Source of the DNA: a virus
Lineage: Duplodnaviria > Caudoviricetes
IMG/VR virus record: IMGVR_UViG_3300032327_000488
Location: 1-55,441 of that record
Length of the DNA stretch: 55,441 bases
Direction: 5' to 3' (one strand)
The position numbers were made by a program, and so were the translations under genes. The notes below the pieces were generated by a model that made no database searches, was not told where the DNA came from, and saw nothing but the letters and a program-made list of their open reading frames with translations. This document shows positions 1-10,300 of the stretch, piece after piece. Numbering within the stretch: position 1 is the stretch's first letter; the number at the start of each line of letters is the position of its first letter.

Positions 1-49
1 CCTTGGAGTTTTGGGACCAGCCCAAGATCCACAACCCGAAAGGTCTACC

Positions 50-973
50 ATGTTCACCACCATCAAGAGCGCGTGGGCACGAACCCCGCAAGGCGCTCGA
101 CCCGGCGCAGGCACTACGGCAGTAGCGGCGAACGAAACGAATCTTGAGTTCGTGATCGAGGGTTTGAACGCCATCGCGAAAAGCGCTGAATCGATCGTCA
201 CACGCATCAACGCCATGACCGACAGTGTCGCTGACGCTGCCGGGGAAACCGTTCTCACGGTCCTCAACGAGGAGCGCCCGATCGTCCGCAAGACTGCAAA
301 CGTTGTGCGTCGCGTCGTCGGCGCGTTCCGGTCCATCCGTGACGGGCTCGTTCAACGCATCACCAAGACACGCGAAACGGTCCACACCGCAGCCGCAGAT
401 CCAGACGTGATCAGGACAACCAGCAGGACCGCGAAGTTGCTGTTCGCTGCAAAAATCCTGACAGACATCGCAGCAAATCCCATCGTCAAGAAGTGGGCCG
501 CAGTCGGAGTCGCGTTCGCCGCGCGATTCGTGCCGATCGTGAAACTCGCCCCTATGTGGGCTCGGGTAGCAGTCATCTGGTCATCAGTGACCGCGTTCCT
601 CTCCGTCGGCAGCAACATGGCAGCCGTTGTTGCAGCGGTGTTCGCTGCAAGCATCATCGTGGTGCTGTTGTTGACTCTCGTGCAGCGCAAGGCGAAGAAG
701 CTTGACGACGCAATCCAAGAGTGGGTTGCTTACCTCGCCGCGGCAGAAGAAACCGTTGAAGAAACGGAAGAAGAGGTTGCTGGTCTGCACCCGTCCGCAT
801 GCGGCACTGGTGTTGCTTTCACCGAAGTCGCTGGCGAAGGTTTCCACGCCGTCACAACGGACGGCACAGTCCTCACCTCCGAGGACGAAATGAAGGACTA
901 CGCGGATGAAATGATCCGCGCCCGCAAGGTCACTCACGCCTCAAAGAAGCGCAAGGCAGCACGAAGGAAGTGA
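50..973 (+). CDS. Hypothetical membrane protein with acidic then basic C-terminal tail
   Basis: Open ORF; ATG at 50 preceded by GAAAGG; hydrophobic segments (VAVIWSSVTAFLSV, MAAVVAAVFAASIIVVLLLTLV); stop overlaps the next start (GTGA). Confidence 0.7.
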   Translation: MFTTIKSAWARTPQGARPGAGTTAVAANETNLEFVIEGLNAIAKSAESIVTRINAMTDSVADAAGETVLTVLNEERPIVRKTANVVRRVVGAFRSIRDGLVQRITKTRETVHTAAADPDVIRTTSRTAKLLFAAKILTDIAANPIVKKWAAVGVAFAARFVPIVKLAPMWARVAVIWSSVTAFLSVGSNMAAVVAAVFAASIIVVLLLTLVQRKAKKLDDAIQEWVAYLAAAEETVEETEEEVAGLHPSACGTGVAFTEVAGEGFHAVTTDGTVLTSEDEMKDYADEMIRARKVTHASKKRKAARRK

Positions 974-2073
974 CCGAAGACGACCCTTGGCTTGGTAAAT
1001 GGAGCGGATACCCGCTCATTGCCAAGTACGACCGTGAATACAACCAGGGGACAGTGAGCATGCTGTCCCCTGGTTCCTCGGGGTACGCGCTGTTAGTTGC
1101 AGTCGCACACGATGACTGTAACTACGGCGCGTCCTACTTCACCCAAAACGGGCTCATGTTTTTCTCGCCAGCGGTCGTGAAATACAAGTCACCGCTGGAC
1201 GTTTCCGGATATGTCGCGTCAGATGTACGACTATGGTGCAGCGAATATGACATGCCCGGGCCCATTCTCGTCGCGGAAATGAGCGGCGAATACAACGAGA
1301 AGCGGATCTACAGCACAAGAGACAAGTGGTGGTTTGGCGGTTCGGATCCCCTCGGTCAAGCCTCCCCTTGGGGCTGCAACTCTGTCGCGGACGGCTATTC
1401 ATATCACGAGATCGATTGCGTGTTCGTCAACGCAATGTCAGTCATCCCGATCACGGAAGAAGCCGCGATAGAAATCGGCCAGTCCATATCTAAATACAAC
1501 GACAAGTACCCAATCTCCGCGTTGTATTACTCCGAAGAGTTGCTATGGAGCGTCGGCAGCGAGATGGAAGAGTTTGACTATTTGGCTCTCTGTCACTGCC
1601 GAGTGGTCGAAGCCGAAACCGTGCACACCTCCACATGCCGCAGAAGCGAATGCGGAGAAGGAGAACACACGCACACACGCACCAGCACAGAACACGGCCC
1701 CGCCTGCCAGTTCGACGGAAATACGTGTCCATGTGACTACATCCTTTCTGAAGACACCTGCACCTGCGGATCCAAACTGCGCATCGCAATGTACGACAAG
1801 CAGTTCATAGAACACCAGGTGGAATCTGGTGGGATCAACGCCTACAACTGCATCCCAGAGAAATATCACGCCCTCTGGGAGCACGCGGTAAACCGGTACG
1901 TCACCGGGCAGCAAGCCTTACTCAAATTTCAGGAGGAAAACGAATGCAATACCTTATCATGGCGGTCGCCGTGGCAGGCGCGGGATATGCTTTCGCTCGA
2001 GCAGCATCGCCCGCAACAATCGTCCGGTTCAATCAGTTCCAGCAAGCAGCTGGAATTCTTTCCCGCGTCCTGA
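970..2073 (+). CDS. Hypothetical protein with Cys/His-rich C-terminal half (possible Zn binding)
   Basis: 367-aa ORF coupled to the upstream gene; cluster CHC..CRRSEC..HTH..C..CPC..CTC. Confidence 0.65.
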   Translation: MTEDDPWLGKWSGYPLIAKYDREYNQGTVSMLSPGSSGYALLVAVAHDDCNYGASYFTQNGLMFFSPAVVKYKSPLDVSGYVASDVRLWCSEYDMPGPILVAEMSGEYNEKRIYSTRDKWWFGGSDPLGQASPWGCNSVADGYSYHEIDCVFVNAMSVIPITEEAAIEIGQSISKYNDKYPISALYYSEELLWSVGSEMEEFDYLALCHCRVVEAETVHTSTCRRSECGEGEHTHTRTSTEHGPACQFDGNTCPCDYILSEDTCTCGSKLRIAMYDKQFIEHQVESGGINAYNCIPEKYHALWEHAVNRYVTGQQALLKFQEENECNTLSWRSPWQARDMLSLEQHRPQQSSGSISSSKQLEFFPAS

Positions 2074-2234
2074 CCCTGTTTGACGCGATCAGGGTTGTCG
2101 CCGTCTGGTTCTCGGACGGTAAACAAGGAGGCGGGCCGCTGACCGTCCCATCCCCAGCATCATCAGCACCAGCAGGCCGGGCCACATTCAACAGAATGAA
2201 TCCCAAGGAGTACATGGAAGGCATCGGCCTGTAA
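1944..2234 (+). CDS. Small hypothetical membrane/secreted protein
   Basis: Strong AGGAGG RBS just upstream; hydrophobic N-terminus; ends just before the terminator; overlaps the previous ORF by 130 nt. Confidence 0.6.
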   Translation: MQYLIMAVAVAGAGYAFARAASPATIVRFNQFQQAAGILSRVLTLFDAIRVVAVWFSDGKQGGGPLTVPSPASSAPAGRATFNRMNPKEYMEGIGL

Positions 2235-2240
2235 ACACAA

Positions 2241-2289
2241 GTGAGCCCTCACCCCTTAACGGGGGTGGGGGCTCACTGTACTCTTTTTT
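2241..2289. terminator. Intrinsic terminator, probably bidirectional, between convergent gene blocks
   Basis: 15-bp stem GTGAGCCCTCACCCC / GGGGTGGGGGCTCAC (one G-U pair), followed on the + strand by a T-run. Confidence 0.8.
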
Positions 2290-2303
2290 GCGTTTCTGGA
2301 CCT

Positions 2304-2651
2304 TTACATCCGCGACATGTGCTGATCGAAACGACCCCGAAGTTCACCAATCTCAACACTCAACGCATTCGACTTCACGTCAAGAGCATCAACTGTTATT
2401 GAAATGCGGTTGATCGCTTCACGCATCCCACCACTATTACCACCAAACTCGCGAGACAAAGACACCTTCAACGTCTCAAGCTCGTTCAAAATCGCGTCAC
2501 GCTCACTTTCAGCATGAGCCATCTGTATTTCAAGATCCGTACCACGTTTATCAATACCCGCGCGGATCCTCCACGCACCAGCAATCACAGCCCCTACAAT
2601 GACCAGAATCTCTAAAACGTTTCGCGCCTGGTTCAACGCATCGGGGTCCAT
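2304..2651 (-). CDS. Single-TM plus coiled-coil membrane protein (holin-like or lysis accessory)
   Basis: TM ILVIVGAVIAGAW followed by a heptad-rich region; GGAG RBS; last gene of the late operon. Confidence 0.6.
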   Translation of the reverse strand: MDPDALNQARNVLEILVIVGAVIAGAWRIRAGIDKRGTDLEIQMAHAESERDAILNELETLKVSLSREFGGNSGGMREAINRISITVDALDVKSNALSVEIGELRGRFDQHMSRM

Positions 2652-2715
2652 TTATGCTCCAAAAAAGTCAAGTCTATTGACTTACATCTTCGCGTGAAAC
2701 CAGACGCTGAGCAAC

Positions 2716-3648
2716 CTACTTTGTAGGTATCCATGTGGTTCCAGACCAGTATTTAGGTGTTGCGGAAACCCACGCTGAACCATTCCAGCGGAACAGGAAA
2801 CCACGAACCCACGTTGAACCATTCCATTGAAAAACGTCAGGACCGTTACCGTCCACATTCCACAAAACGACACGGCTACCAGAAACCAAGCCGCGGGTAT
2901 TCCACGTAGCGACACGCGTATTACTGCGACCGCTCAGAACATTCCACGAAACGACCCGTGTATTACTCGTGGACGTGTTGATGTTCCACGATACGGTACG
3001 TGTGTTACTCGTTGACGCTTTCACGTTCCACGAAGCGTTTCTGTTGTTTGTGAGAGAAGCAAACGTGTTCCATGACGCGACGCGTGGAGAAACAACGGTC
3101 AGAATAAGAGCCGCGACGTTCCATGACGCAACACGACTGTTAGACAACCCAGCTAGCGCATTCCACGACGCGACACGGCTATTAGTGGCGCTAGAAAGAA
3201 CACTCCATGACGCGTTGCGTGTATTACTTGCTGCCGTGTTGACGTTCCACGATACGGTACGTGTGTTACTCGTTGACGCTTTCACGTTCCACGATGCTAT
3301 GCGTGTGTTGTTGAGCGCCGCGTTTGTATTCCACGAAGCGACCCGTGTACCTGCGACGGAAGCAGCCGTATTCCACGAAACCGTCCGCGCGTTACTGACA
3401 CCAACGTTGACATTCCACGACGCGACACGACTGTTTACCGCAGCAGTTAAGACGTTCCACGAAGCAACTCGTGTGTTGCTTGACGCGGCGTTCGTATTCC
3501 ACAAAACACCGCGGGTACTATCAACAGCACTTGTCGTATTCCATGTAGCGGTACGAGTATCGTTGACGCTAGTGAGCGTGATTGCGGCAACGTTCGCGGT
3601 ACGCTGAACAATGATTGAAGCGTTATAGCCCCTACCCGCGATTGCCAT
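2716..3648 (-). CDS. Minor tail/fibre protein built of 14-aa R-x-x-S-W-N repeats with a C-terminal WNGS-x-W domain
   Basis: About 17 repeats such as NTRVASWNV; C-terminal FQWNGSTWV/FRWNGSAWV/YWSGTTWI. Confidence 0.75.
   Translation of the reverse strand: MAIAGRGYNASIIVQRTANVAAITLTSVNDTRTATWNTTSAVDSTRGVLWNTNAASSNTRVASWNVLTAAVNSRVASWNVNVGVSNARTVSWNTAASVAGTRVASWNTNAALNNTRIASWNVKASTSNTRTVSWNVNTAASNTRNASWSVLSSATNSRVASWNALAGLSNSRVASWNVAALILTVVSPRVASWNTFASLTNNRNASWNVKASTSNTRTVSWNINTSTSNTRVVSWNVLSGRSNTRVATWNTRGLVSGSRVVLWNVDGNGPDVFQWNGSTWVRGFLFRWNGSAWVSATPKYWSGTTWIPTK
2850..3565 (-). repeat. Degenerate 42-bp coding tandem repeat, including an exact 51-bp duplication (2983-3033 = 3244-3294)
   Basis: Recurring ttcca(c/t)ga core on the + strand at about 42-nt spacing. 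Confidence 0.8.
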
Positions 3649-3652
3649 CAGG

Positions 3653-5350
3653 TCACCACCTTGAAGCGCGGGTTACGGCAGCGTTGGACACGAGAGCAGA
3701 CGGTGGGCCGCCAGCAACCGCCTGTATAATGGTAAGGGCCGTAGTTAGGACATTTTTACCGCTAGTCAAACCGATTGAGTCAGATGACAAAACTCCCGCG
3801 TTAGGGGTTTTGTATTGCATCTGCAGAACACTTTGGCCTGACCCGCCAAAAGCAACTTGCGGGTCGGTAGCGATTGGCTTTGTCCACGTTCCGCTGCTAC
3901 CAAAAGTGCCAGAAGTCGCGGCAGAAAGAGCCATCACCATGTCGCCACTCTGGGCTACCGTGACAGATGGAATGGACGCGCTAGACACAGAACCGGCAGT
4001 GAAATTTCCGAGGGTCGTCGGTGTTGATGACGTTGTGTAGCCCACTCCCGGAGATGTGGTAAACGTGGTTGGTGTAACACTGTCTGCCCCAGTTAACGCA
4101 AAAAATTCAAAAGAGCACGCATTTGCCCCCGCATCGCCCATAAAAAAGTATGAAGAACCAGTTACCCATTTAACGGACCACACCGTCATTCTGATTCCAC
4201 CCGTATAAGTTTCACCCGTTGCTGGATCGCCATAAAAATCTGCAACCCTAGTTAAAGCAGGACCAACATCTGCTCGCGCACCGCTTGGATAGCCGGGGGC
4301 GTAGTAAACACCACCGAGAAACAAAGAAACACCACTAGTGCCGTTGTCACCTGTTTCGTCATGACTCTGCACTCCGACGATAACAACAAGATCCCCGTTT
4401 TGTGGCGCAACGTTAAAAGTTGGGGCACCAACACTAAGAAGACCGCTGAAATTTGAATCCCAACCGTTACCAGTATTTGTTGAGCCATACCCGCGAATAC
4501 TAATTTTCGGCACAGAAGGTTCAGTGTAAGTGACTGTTAGGGCAGGTCGTTCTGCTGGAGTTGTATACCCCGGTGAGGGAATTCCGATAGTGTTTTGGGA
4601 TTCTGAACCAAGAGTAGGCGCGTAGGCGCTGTGAGTAAAAGCCAAACCGAAATAGGAACCCGCTTTAGAAGTAATCTCATCAACAAGAACGGTCCCTGTA
4701 TTTGAAAGTGAGTAGCGAGTAAAGTTGCTCATAGTGCTAGTAGGCCTACTTGCGGCAAGTGTCAGCGCACCCATCGCAGATGAACTAAGCCACTGCATTT
4801 GATCTATGGTTACCGGCCCCGGTGAAGTCACGCCCGCAACAAAAGTTGTTGAAGTGAATGTTAAAGAGGTGGCAGATTCAACCGAAGCAACCGTGTACGT
4901 TCCATTATTCGCCGCCCTACTGCCATAAATGTACTCTCCTGAATAAAGAAACTGATCGCCAACTGAATACCGATGAGGAGAATCTGTCGTCACAGTTACG
5001 ACGTTTCCGCTTTTAGTTGCAGACAAAACAATGACAGTGGGTTTTCCAGAATACAGACGAGCCTGAAAAACAGGAGTGGACTGTACTAAAAACCCAGAAC
5101 TAGGCCCATAGTTGGTAAATGCAAATGTGGCGGAAGTGATTGTTGAGCCAGCAGGGATGCCCGACAAATCAAACCAGAGGAAAAATTGTTGTGCAGTCCA
5201 CAGGCCGCTGTCAGGGTCAGACCCGTATCCAGTATACGTTGCAGTTCGAATATCAGTTCTTGTAGCGCTACCTGAATTAGCAACAGCAAATGATGCATTT
5301 TCTGCAGTATAAAGTCCTCCGTATTGAGGAACAATGACCGCTGTAGGCAT
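3653..5350 (-). CDS. Minor tail protein (DNRLRE-like N-domain with an inserted beta module, plus a second beta-sandwich domain)
   Basis: FLWFDLSGIPAGSTITSATF...RPALTVTY pattern; Ser/Thr/Gly-rich; tail context. Confidence 0.6.
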   Translation of the reverse strand: MPTAVIVPQYGGLYTAENASFAVANSGSATRTDIRTATYTGYGSDPDSGLWTAQQFFLWFDLSGIPAGSTITSATFAFTNYGPSSGFLVQSTPVFQARLYSGKPTVIVLSATKSGNVVTVTTDSPHRYSVGDQFLYSGEYIYGSRAANNGTYTVASVESATSLTFTSTTFVAGVTSPGPVTIDQMQWLSSSAMGALTLAASRPTSTMSNFTRYSLSNTGTVLVDEITSKAGSYFGLAFTHSAYAPTLGSESQNTIGIPSPGYTTPAERPALTVTYTEPSVPKISIRGYGSTNTGNGWDSNFSGLLSVGAPTFNVAPQNGDLVVIVGVQSHDETGDNGTSGVSLFLGGVYYAPGYPSGARADVGPALTRVADFYGDPATGETYTGGIRMTVWSVKWVTGSSYFFMGDAGANACSFEFFALTGADSVTPTTFTTSPGVGYTTSSTPTTLGNFTAGSVSSASIPSVTVAQSGDMVMALSAATSGTFGSSGTWTKPIATDPQVAFGGSGQSVLQMQYKTPNAGVLSSDSIGLTSGKNVLTTALTIIQAVAGGPPSALVSNAAVTRASRW

Positions 5351-5637
5351 CAGACGCCCGCCAAGCCGCGAATGACCATTACAACAAAGAGCTCCAACTG
5401 CTCACGCGGGTCAATCGTCACACCGTCGACTTCACCAGCCAGAACCGCGCAACCAGTCAAGAACAGCGGCTGAGGCACTTCGACTGGCTGACCGTCAACC
5501 GTCGCCGTAACAGTGTCAGCTCGCAACGTCGAGCCTTCACCCGTCAGCGCGCCCAGTGTCACCGTGACGTTTCCGTCACTAAACGTGTAGCCGCCGACTG
5601 GTAAAAGCAATAGCAGGGCGGCGAGCGCCTCGTCCAC
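5350..5637 (-). CDS. Hypothetical virion-associated protein
   Basis: 95-aa ORF; stop overlaps the next start (TGATG). Confidence 0.5.
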   Translation of the reverse strand: MDEALAALLLLLPVGGYTFSDGNVTVTLGALTGEGSTLRADTVTATVDGQPVEVPQPLFLTGCAVLAGEVDGVTIDPREQLELFVVMVIRGLAGV

Positions 5638-5667
5638 TATGCACGCTCAAGGGAGTAAGCGGGCATG

Positions 5668-6150
5668 TCAGCACCTCTCGAACGTGAACTCACCGTAGGC
5701 ATTTACAGAGACACCCGTTGGTGTGGTGCATCGCAACACGAAGCCCTGCGAGACGGGTGAATCAGGGGTAGTGCCCAAGGGGATGTCGTACATGACAAGG
5801 CCGCCCTGAGGTGACAGCGGGAACTTGCTTAGCACGGTCAGCACGGTCGGCTCAAAGCCCGTAGCCGATGCCGCGAACGCCGTCGCACCAACTGCAATCT
5901 GTCGACCGTAGATCTGGTTCGGTGTCACGGCCGTGTTGTTGGTTCCTGGCGTTGAGTTCGTGGCGAACGTCGCGGCACACAAGTCCACGACTACCGAGGC
6001 CTGGTTGTTCGTGCTTCCGTCGAACCCAATCCGAACCTTCGTCAGGTCAAGGCCAAAGGTCGATGGAGCAATCAGCGCAAGGACGGTTCGAGTAGATGCC
6101 GCCGCAAGGGACACCTGCCCAGAGATAACCGTGTATCCAGCTTTAGCCAT
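5668..6150 (-). CDS. Minor tail protein (beta-rich)
   Basis: 160-aa ORF coupled to the upstream gene; tail context. Confidence 0.6.
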   Translation of the reverse strand: MAKAGYTVISGQVSLAAASTRTVLALIAPSTFGLDLTKVRIGFDGSTNNQASVVVDLCAATFATNSTPGTNNTAVTPNQIYGRQIAVGATAFAASATGFEPTVLTVLSKFPLSPQGGLVMYDIPLGTTPDSPVSQGFVLRCTTPTGVSVNAYGEFTFERC

Positions 6151-6704
6151 CAGAGACTCCCTGTATCGCCTTGAACCGCAAGGGTCACACCGTCACCCGA
6201 CAGTGCCGCAGTGTTAGCAGCAGACCGTTTTACCCAAATAGCGCGACACGAACCAACCGGAATAGTACCCAAAGGAACAGCAATAAGGGCTGCGGCGTAA
6301 GTAGTCGGCGAAGCAAACGTCACACCCGCAGGGGCCGTCGTCAAACTTCCAATAGTCAAAGCCTGAGCCGCAGCGGAACCAACAAGCGAAGCAGCCGTCG
6401 TATCAACACCAATAGCAATACTCGCACCACCAGCAACCTCAGAAGACAACCACACCGCAGCATTCTGATACGCGTTAGCCGTGTTCGTGTTATGAATGAA
6501 CAAACACCGGTAATCCACCTGCGACGCCGCGTTCTGAGCACCCGTCAAATCATCAAACAAGTCATTGATCGCGCCACCAGCCCAAGCAGAAGTCGAAATG
6601 TACTTCCCAAGACCCGCGTTAGTACCCGCAGTCGAGTTACCTGCCGAACCAGAAGTCGTTGAAAACTTCCACAAAATATCGCCAGCGACAATCGCAGCCA
6701 TCAC
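6150..6704 (-). CDS. Minor tail/virion structural protein
   Basis: LFDDLTG...DYRCLFIHNTN...AIWVKR motifs, familiar from phage virion proteins. Confidence 0.65.
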   Translation of the reverse strand: MMAAIVAGDILWKFSTTSGSAGNSTAGTNAGLGKYISTSAWAGGAINDLFDDLTGAQNAASQVDYRCLFIHNTNTANAYQNAAVWLSSEVAGGASIAIGVDTTAASLVGSAAAQALTIGSLTTAPAGVTFASPTTYAAALIAVPLGTIPVGSCRAIWVKRSAANTAALSGDGVTLAVQGDTGSL

Positions 6705-6745
6705 AACAACCCTTCAACAGACACAATAAAACCCATCATACACAC

Positions 6746-7183
6746 CTACACCTGAAGCCATAACTGATTCAACACAGGAGAAACAGGAGCCGTAGACGAC
6801 ACCGTAATCCCCACAGGACCCGCCGGACCCTGCGGCCCCACCACAATTGGAGTACCCGCAGTCGCAGGAACCGAGCCAATACTAGACAACGCCAACGAAC
6901 CAGCACCCGAAGGAAAAAGGAAATCAATCGGACGACTATTCGCCCACGAAGGCGTACACCGATACGTGAAACCAGTCGGATTGATACTCGCGGAATCAGT
7001 ACACAGCAACGTGACATTCGCGGCACCAGCACTATCAAGGGTCACCACGATAGGCACACCCTCGAGGATCACAGCGCCCGAAGTGTCCAACACGCGAGTA
7101 GACGGCGTAATCCACACCTTCTTACCCGCAAAAGGGGCACCGGAATGATTCGTAAACTTCAACGCCAGCGTACGAGTCGCCAC
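6746..7183 (-). CDS. Minor tail protein with a short collagen-like stretch
   Basis: GGAGG RBS; GPQGPAGPVG followed by the STAP...LW tail motif. Confidence 0.65.
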   Translation of the reverse strand: MATRTLALKFTNHSGAPFAGKKVWITPSTRVLDTSGAVILEGVPIVVTLDSAGAANVTLLCTDSASINPTGFTYRCTPSWANSRPIDFLFPSGAGSLALSSIGSVPATAGTPIVVGPQGPAGPVGITVSSTAPVSPVLNQLWLQV

Positions 7184-7201
7184 CGGACACCTCCAACCAG
7201 A

Positions 7202-7357
7202 TTAGTCTTCATTATCCCCGGAAACAGGCGGCTTTTCCAGAGACTCAATCTTCTCCTGCGCCTGAGCCAGTAGGGCAGAAAGTTCAGCGTTCGCGGCCAT
7301 CGCCTGGGCGAGCTGTTGGCGGGTGTGTCCGAGAACGGATTCCATCAAGTCAGTCAT
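7202..7357 (-). CDS. Small coiled-coil protein (51 aa, not in ORF track)
   Basis: My translation: MTDLMESVLGHTRQQLAQAMAANAELSALLAQAQEKIESLEKPPVSGDNED; fills the gap after the tail fibre gene. Confidence 0.55.
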   Translation of the reverse strand: MTDLMESVLGHTRQQLAQAMAANAELSALLAQAQEKIESLEKPPVSGDNED

Positions 7358-7366
7358 GTTTTCATC

Positions 7367-10300
7367 CTAAGCTGTTTCTAGTGCGGTGAGTCGTGCGTCC
7401 AAGTTCTGGACAGACGCTACCAGAGGAGCGATGAACTCTTCGTAACGCAACGACTGAATCGAATCCGGGTCGTCAACATCGCCCATACTCCAACCACCCC
7501 AGTCAGTAGAAATAGCATCCAGCGACTCTTTCACTTGCTGGGCGATAAAACCGGTATGTGTACGAACACCGGTCTTAGTGACCATGACACGCTCACCGTC
7601 AGCGTCAAAAGTTAAGCTTCCGTCAGCGTTTCTGGCCTGCATTTTACCCGCATCAGAAAAACGGTACTTCACCGGAACAAGACTACGAATAAAGCCAATA
7701 CCAAGAGGATTAGTGTCGTCGATCGTCACAATATCTGTCTTCACGCGGCTATCGGACGTACTAATTGTCCCGTTGGTAGCAAAAATAGTGTTCCAACGAA
7801 ACGATGTGTTACCAATGCTCCAGCCAGCGTTTACGCTCGGAACCCAGTCCACGCTGCAAATGTTGTAACTAAACGTCGTTGCGTTTACCACAATCTGATT
7901 TGATGTATTGCTTTGATTGCCTCGAAGATAAAGACCAGTATTAGCGTCTGGTCGCACCACTCCGCCACCGGCAATAAAAGTGCCTCCAGCGGTGATACTC
8001 CCAGCAGCAGAAATATTCACCCACCGCTTAGTTGACGTCCCCAAGTTGCTGACATTATCGACATCGGGAACAAGATCGTTACTGGTATCGACGGTAATAC
8101 CGTAAGCGTTACCGTTCGGTCGAATACTGACAAAACCACCAGGACCGGCACCTATGTAAGTATTACGGGTACCTGTTGAAGGCTGCATCATGATGTAGTA
8201 GCCATCCCAGTCCATCAAACCACTGTAGCCAGTGCTGAGAGAGACAGTGGTTGTTCCACCTGCCGCGGATGGCGTGTTTGCTCTTGCCCAGTTACCAAGA
8301 ATTAACTGTGTTGAAAATGTATCCGTCGGCTGTATTTCGATATGTGGTGTTGATCCGTAAGGAACAAGAGTGGTACTTGAAGAACCAGTACCTCTACCGT
8401 AAAGAGTAATAGATGTAGACGTAGAAATACTGCCCGTTGTCGGTGACACAAGTTGTGTGCTGATAACAGCTGTTCCTGTGAGGCTTAAAAAAGCCGACTG
8501 GATTAGGCCGCTAATCTCACCGGAAGTGCCGGTGTAAAGAGATATTTGTCCAGACCCCACTTGATCATCCATAACGACACGCGAACCAGAAGCGGCCGTT
8601 CTAATAATACCGCCGGTAATCGTTGAACTAGAGATCGTTGAACTGGAAATCGTTGCGCTAGTAATCGCTGAACTGCTGACAGTGCCGGAAAAAGTAGCAG
8701 CCCCAGACGTATCAATAGAGAACGTCTGAATAGGAAGAAAAGGCGTAGCCGTCGCCGCTTTATAGGCGCGAATCCCATTACTGTCCATGATGAGACCAGC
8801 AACGTTAGCCGTGCCGTTTACGCCACTAACCGACTTAATCGTGTTACCAACAATGATGTTGCCGGTAAACGTCGCAGCGTTCACCGTCCCACTAAACGTC
8901 GCAGTACCGCTCGCATTCAAATCAACAACAGTCGCAGCGCCGTTAAAAACCCGCAAACCATTAGAATCCAAAACGATACGAGAACCAGTAGCGGCAGACT
9001 GAATCGTAAAAATACCACCCGAAGTTAACCTGAACGTCTCCAACGCCCCAGTAAACCCACTCAAACCAGCCGCAGTCATCTGCACCCGCGACCCAATACC
9101 CTGAGCTGTACCAGCCGCGCCAGCAGTCACCATCACACCAGACGACACCGTAAACACGCGCGCAGACGGAACAGTGTTCACTGTCCACGTACTGTTATTC
9201 GCCGTGCTAGAACCAGCAATCACCACCTGCTGGGCAACCGTCAACCCGTGATCGCCGTCAACAGTGACCGTCGCAATACCACCACTCGCTGCGATAGACG
9301 TAATCGCATTCGACACAGTTCCGGCGTTCGTCGTAATCGAACCACCAGAAATGATCTGATCAGCAGTCAACACCCCCGAAGTCAACTTCAACACCGACAA
9401 GTCAGCGATCTCGTTGTCCTTCAACGCAGTCGGAACACTAGACACAATCGTCGAAGCCGCAGAAGCATTACCCGTATTGTCATACGACACAAACTGCACG
9501 TAATACGTTGAACCCTGCACCAAAGGCGAACCAGTCACAGGATCCTTCGTCACAAGGAACTGAAACGCACCCGAATACCTCGCAGCATACGTAGACGCAG
9601 AATAAGTGCCAGAAGACGACGCAACAAACACGTCCGTATACGCGTAATCCGAAGGCTGCGCGCCACCAGCATTCAGCTTGCCGTCCCACGAAACCTGCAA
9701 CGTACCCAACTTAGGCACAATAACCGGCGCAGAAGGCTGCCCAGGAGCCACACTGTCAGCAGCCGTCAAATGCGTCGTCGTCGTCGACCACGAAGAGCTA
9801 TTACCGTACCCATCCGTGACCTTCGCCTGCACCGACAAATACGTGCCAGACTTCACGCCAAGAAAAGACACCGTCGGGGAAACAGAAGACGCCGTCGTCC
9901 AATCACTGACACGCATCACCGTACCCACCGCGCCAGCAGCAACACCAAGATCGTTATTGAACGTCATCGTAGAACCAGAAGCCGTCAACAACTTGAAACT
10001 AAAATTATTGGCAGCAGTTGAACCCGTCACCACAACAAAATTGCCGCCCGTCATGCCGTGAGCAGCAGTCGTCGTCAACGTCACCACACCAGCAGACACC
10101 GTGATACTTTGAATGTTCTTCGTCCCGTAAATAGACGGATCCTCATACCGCCACCGCACCGAATACAGGGACGGCGCGACCAGAACAGAACCATCCGTAT
10201 ACGTCGACGGTGGGGTCACAACAGCCTTCACACTCGACACCGCCGTACCCCGCGGGGTAGACGTCGTATCGTACTCGTCCGCGTTATACGGAGCAGACGT

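Noticed and set aside
2850-3565. Regularly spaced ~42-nt repeats resembling a CRISPR array
   Set aside because: The repeats are degenerate at synonymous positions, lie in frame within a protein repeat, and have no unique spacers or cas genes
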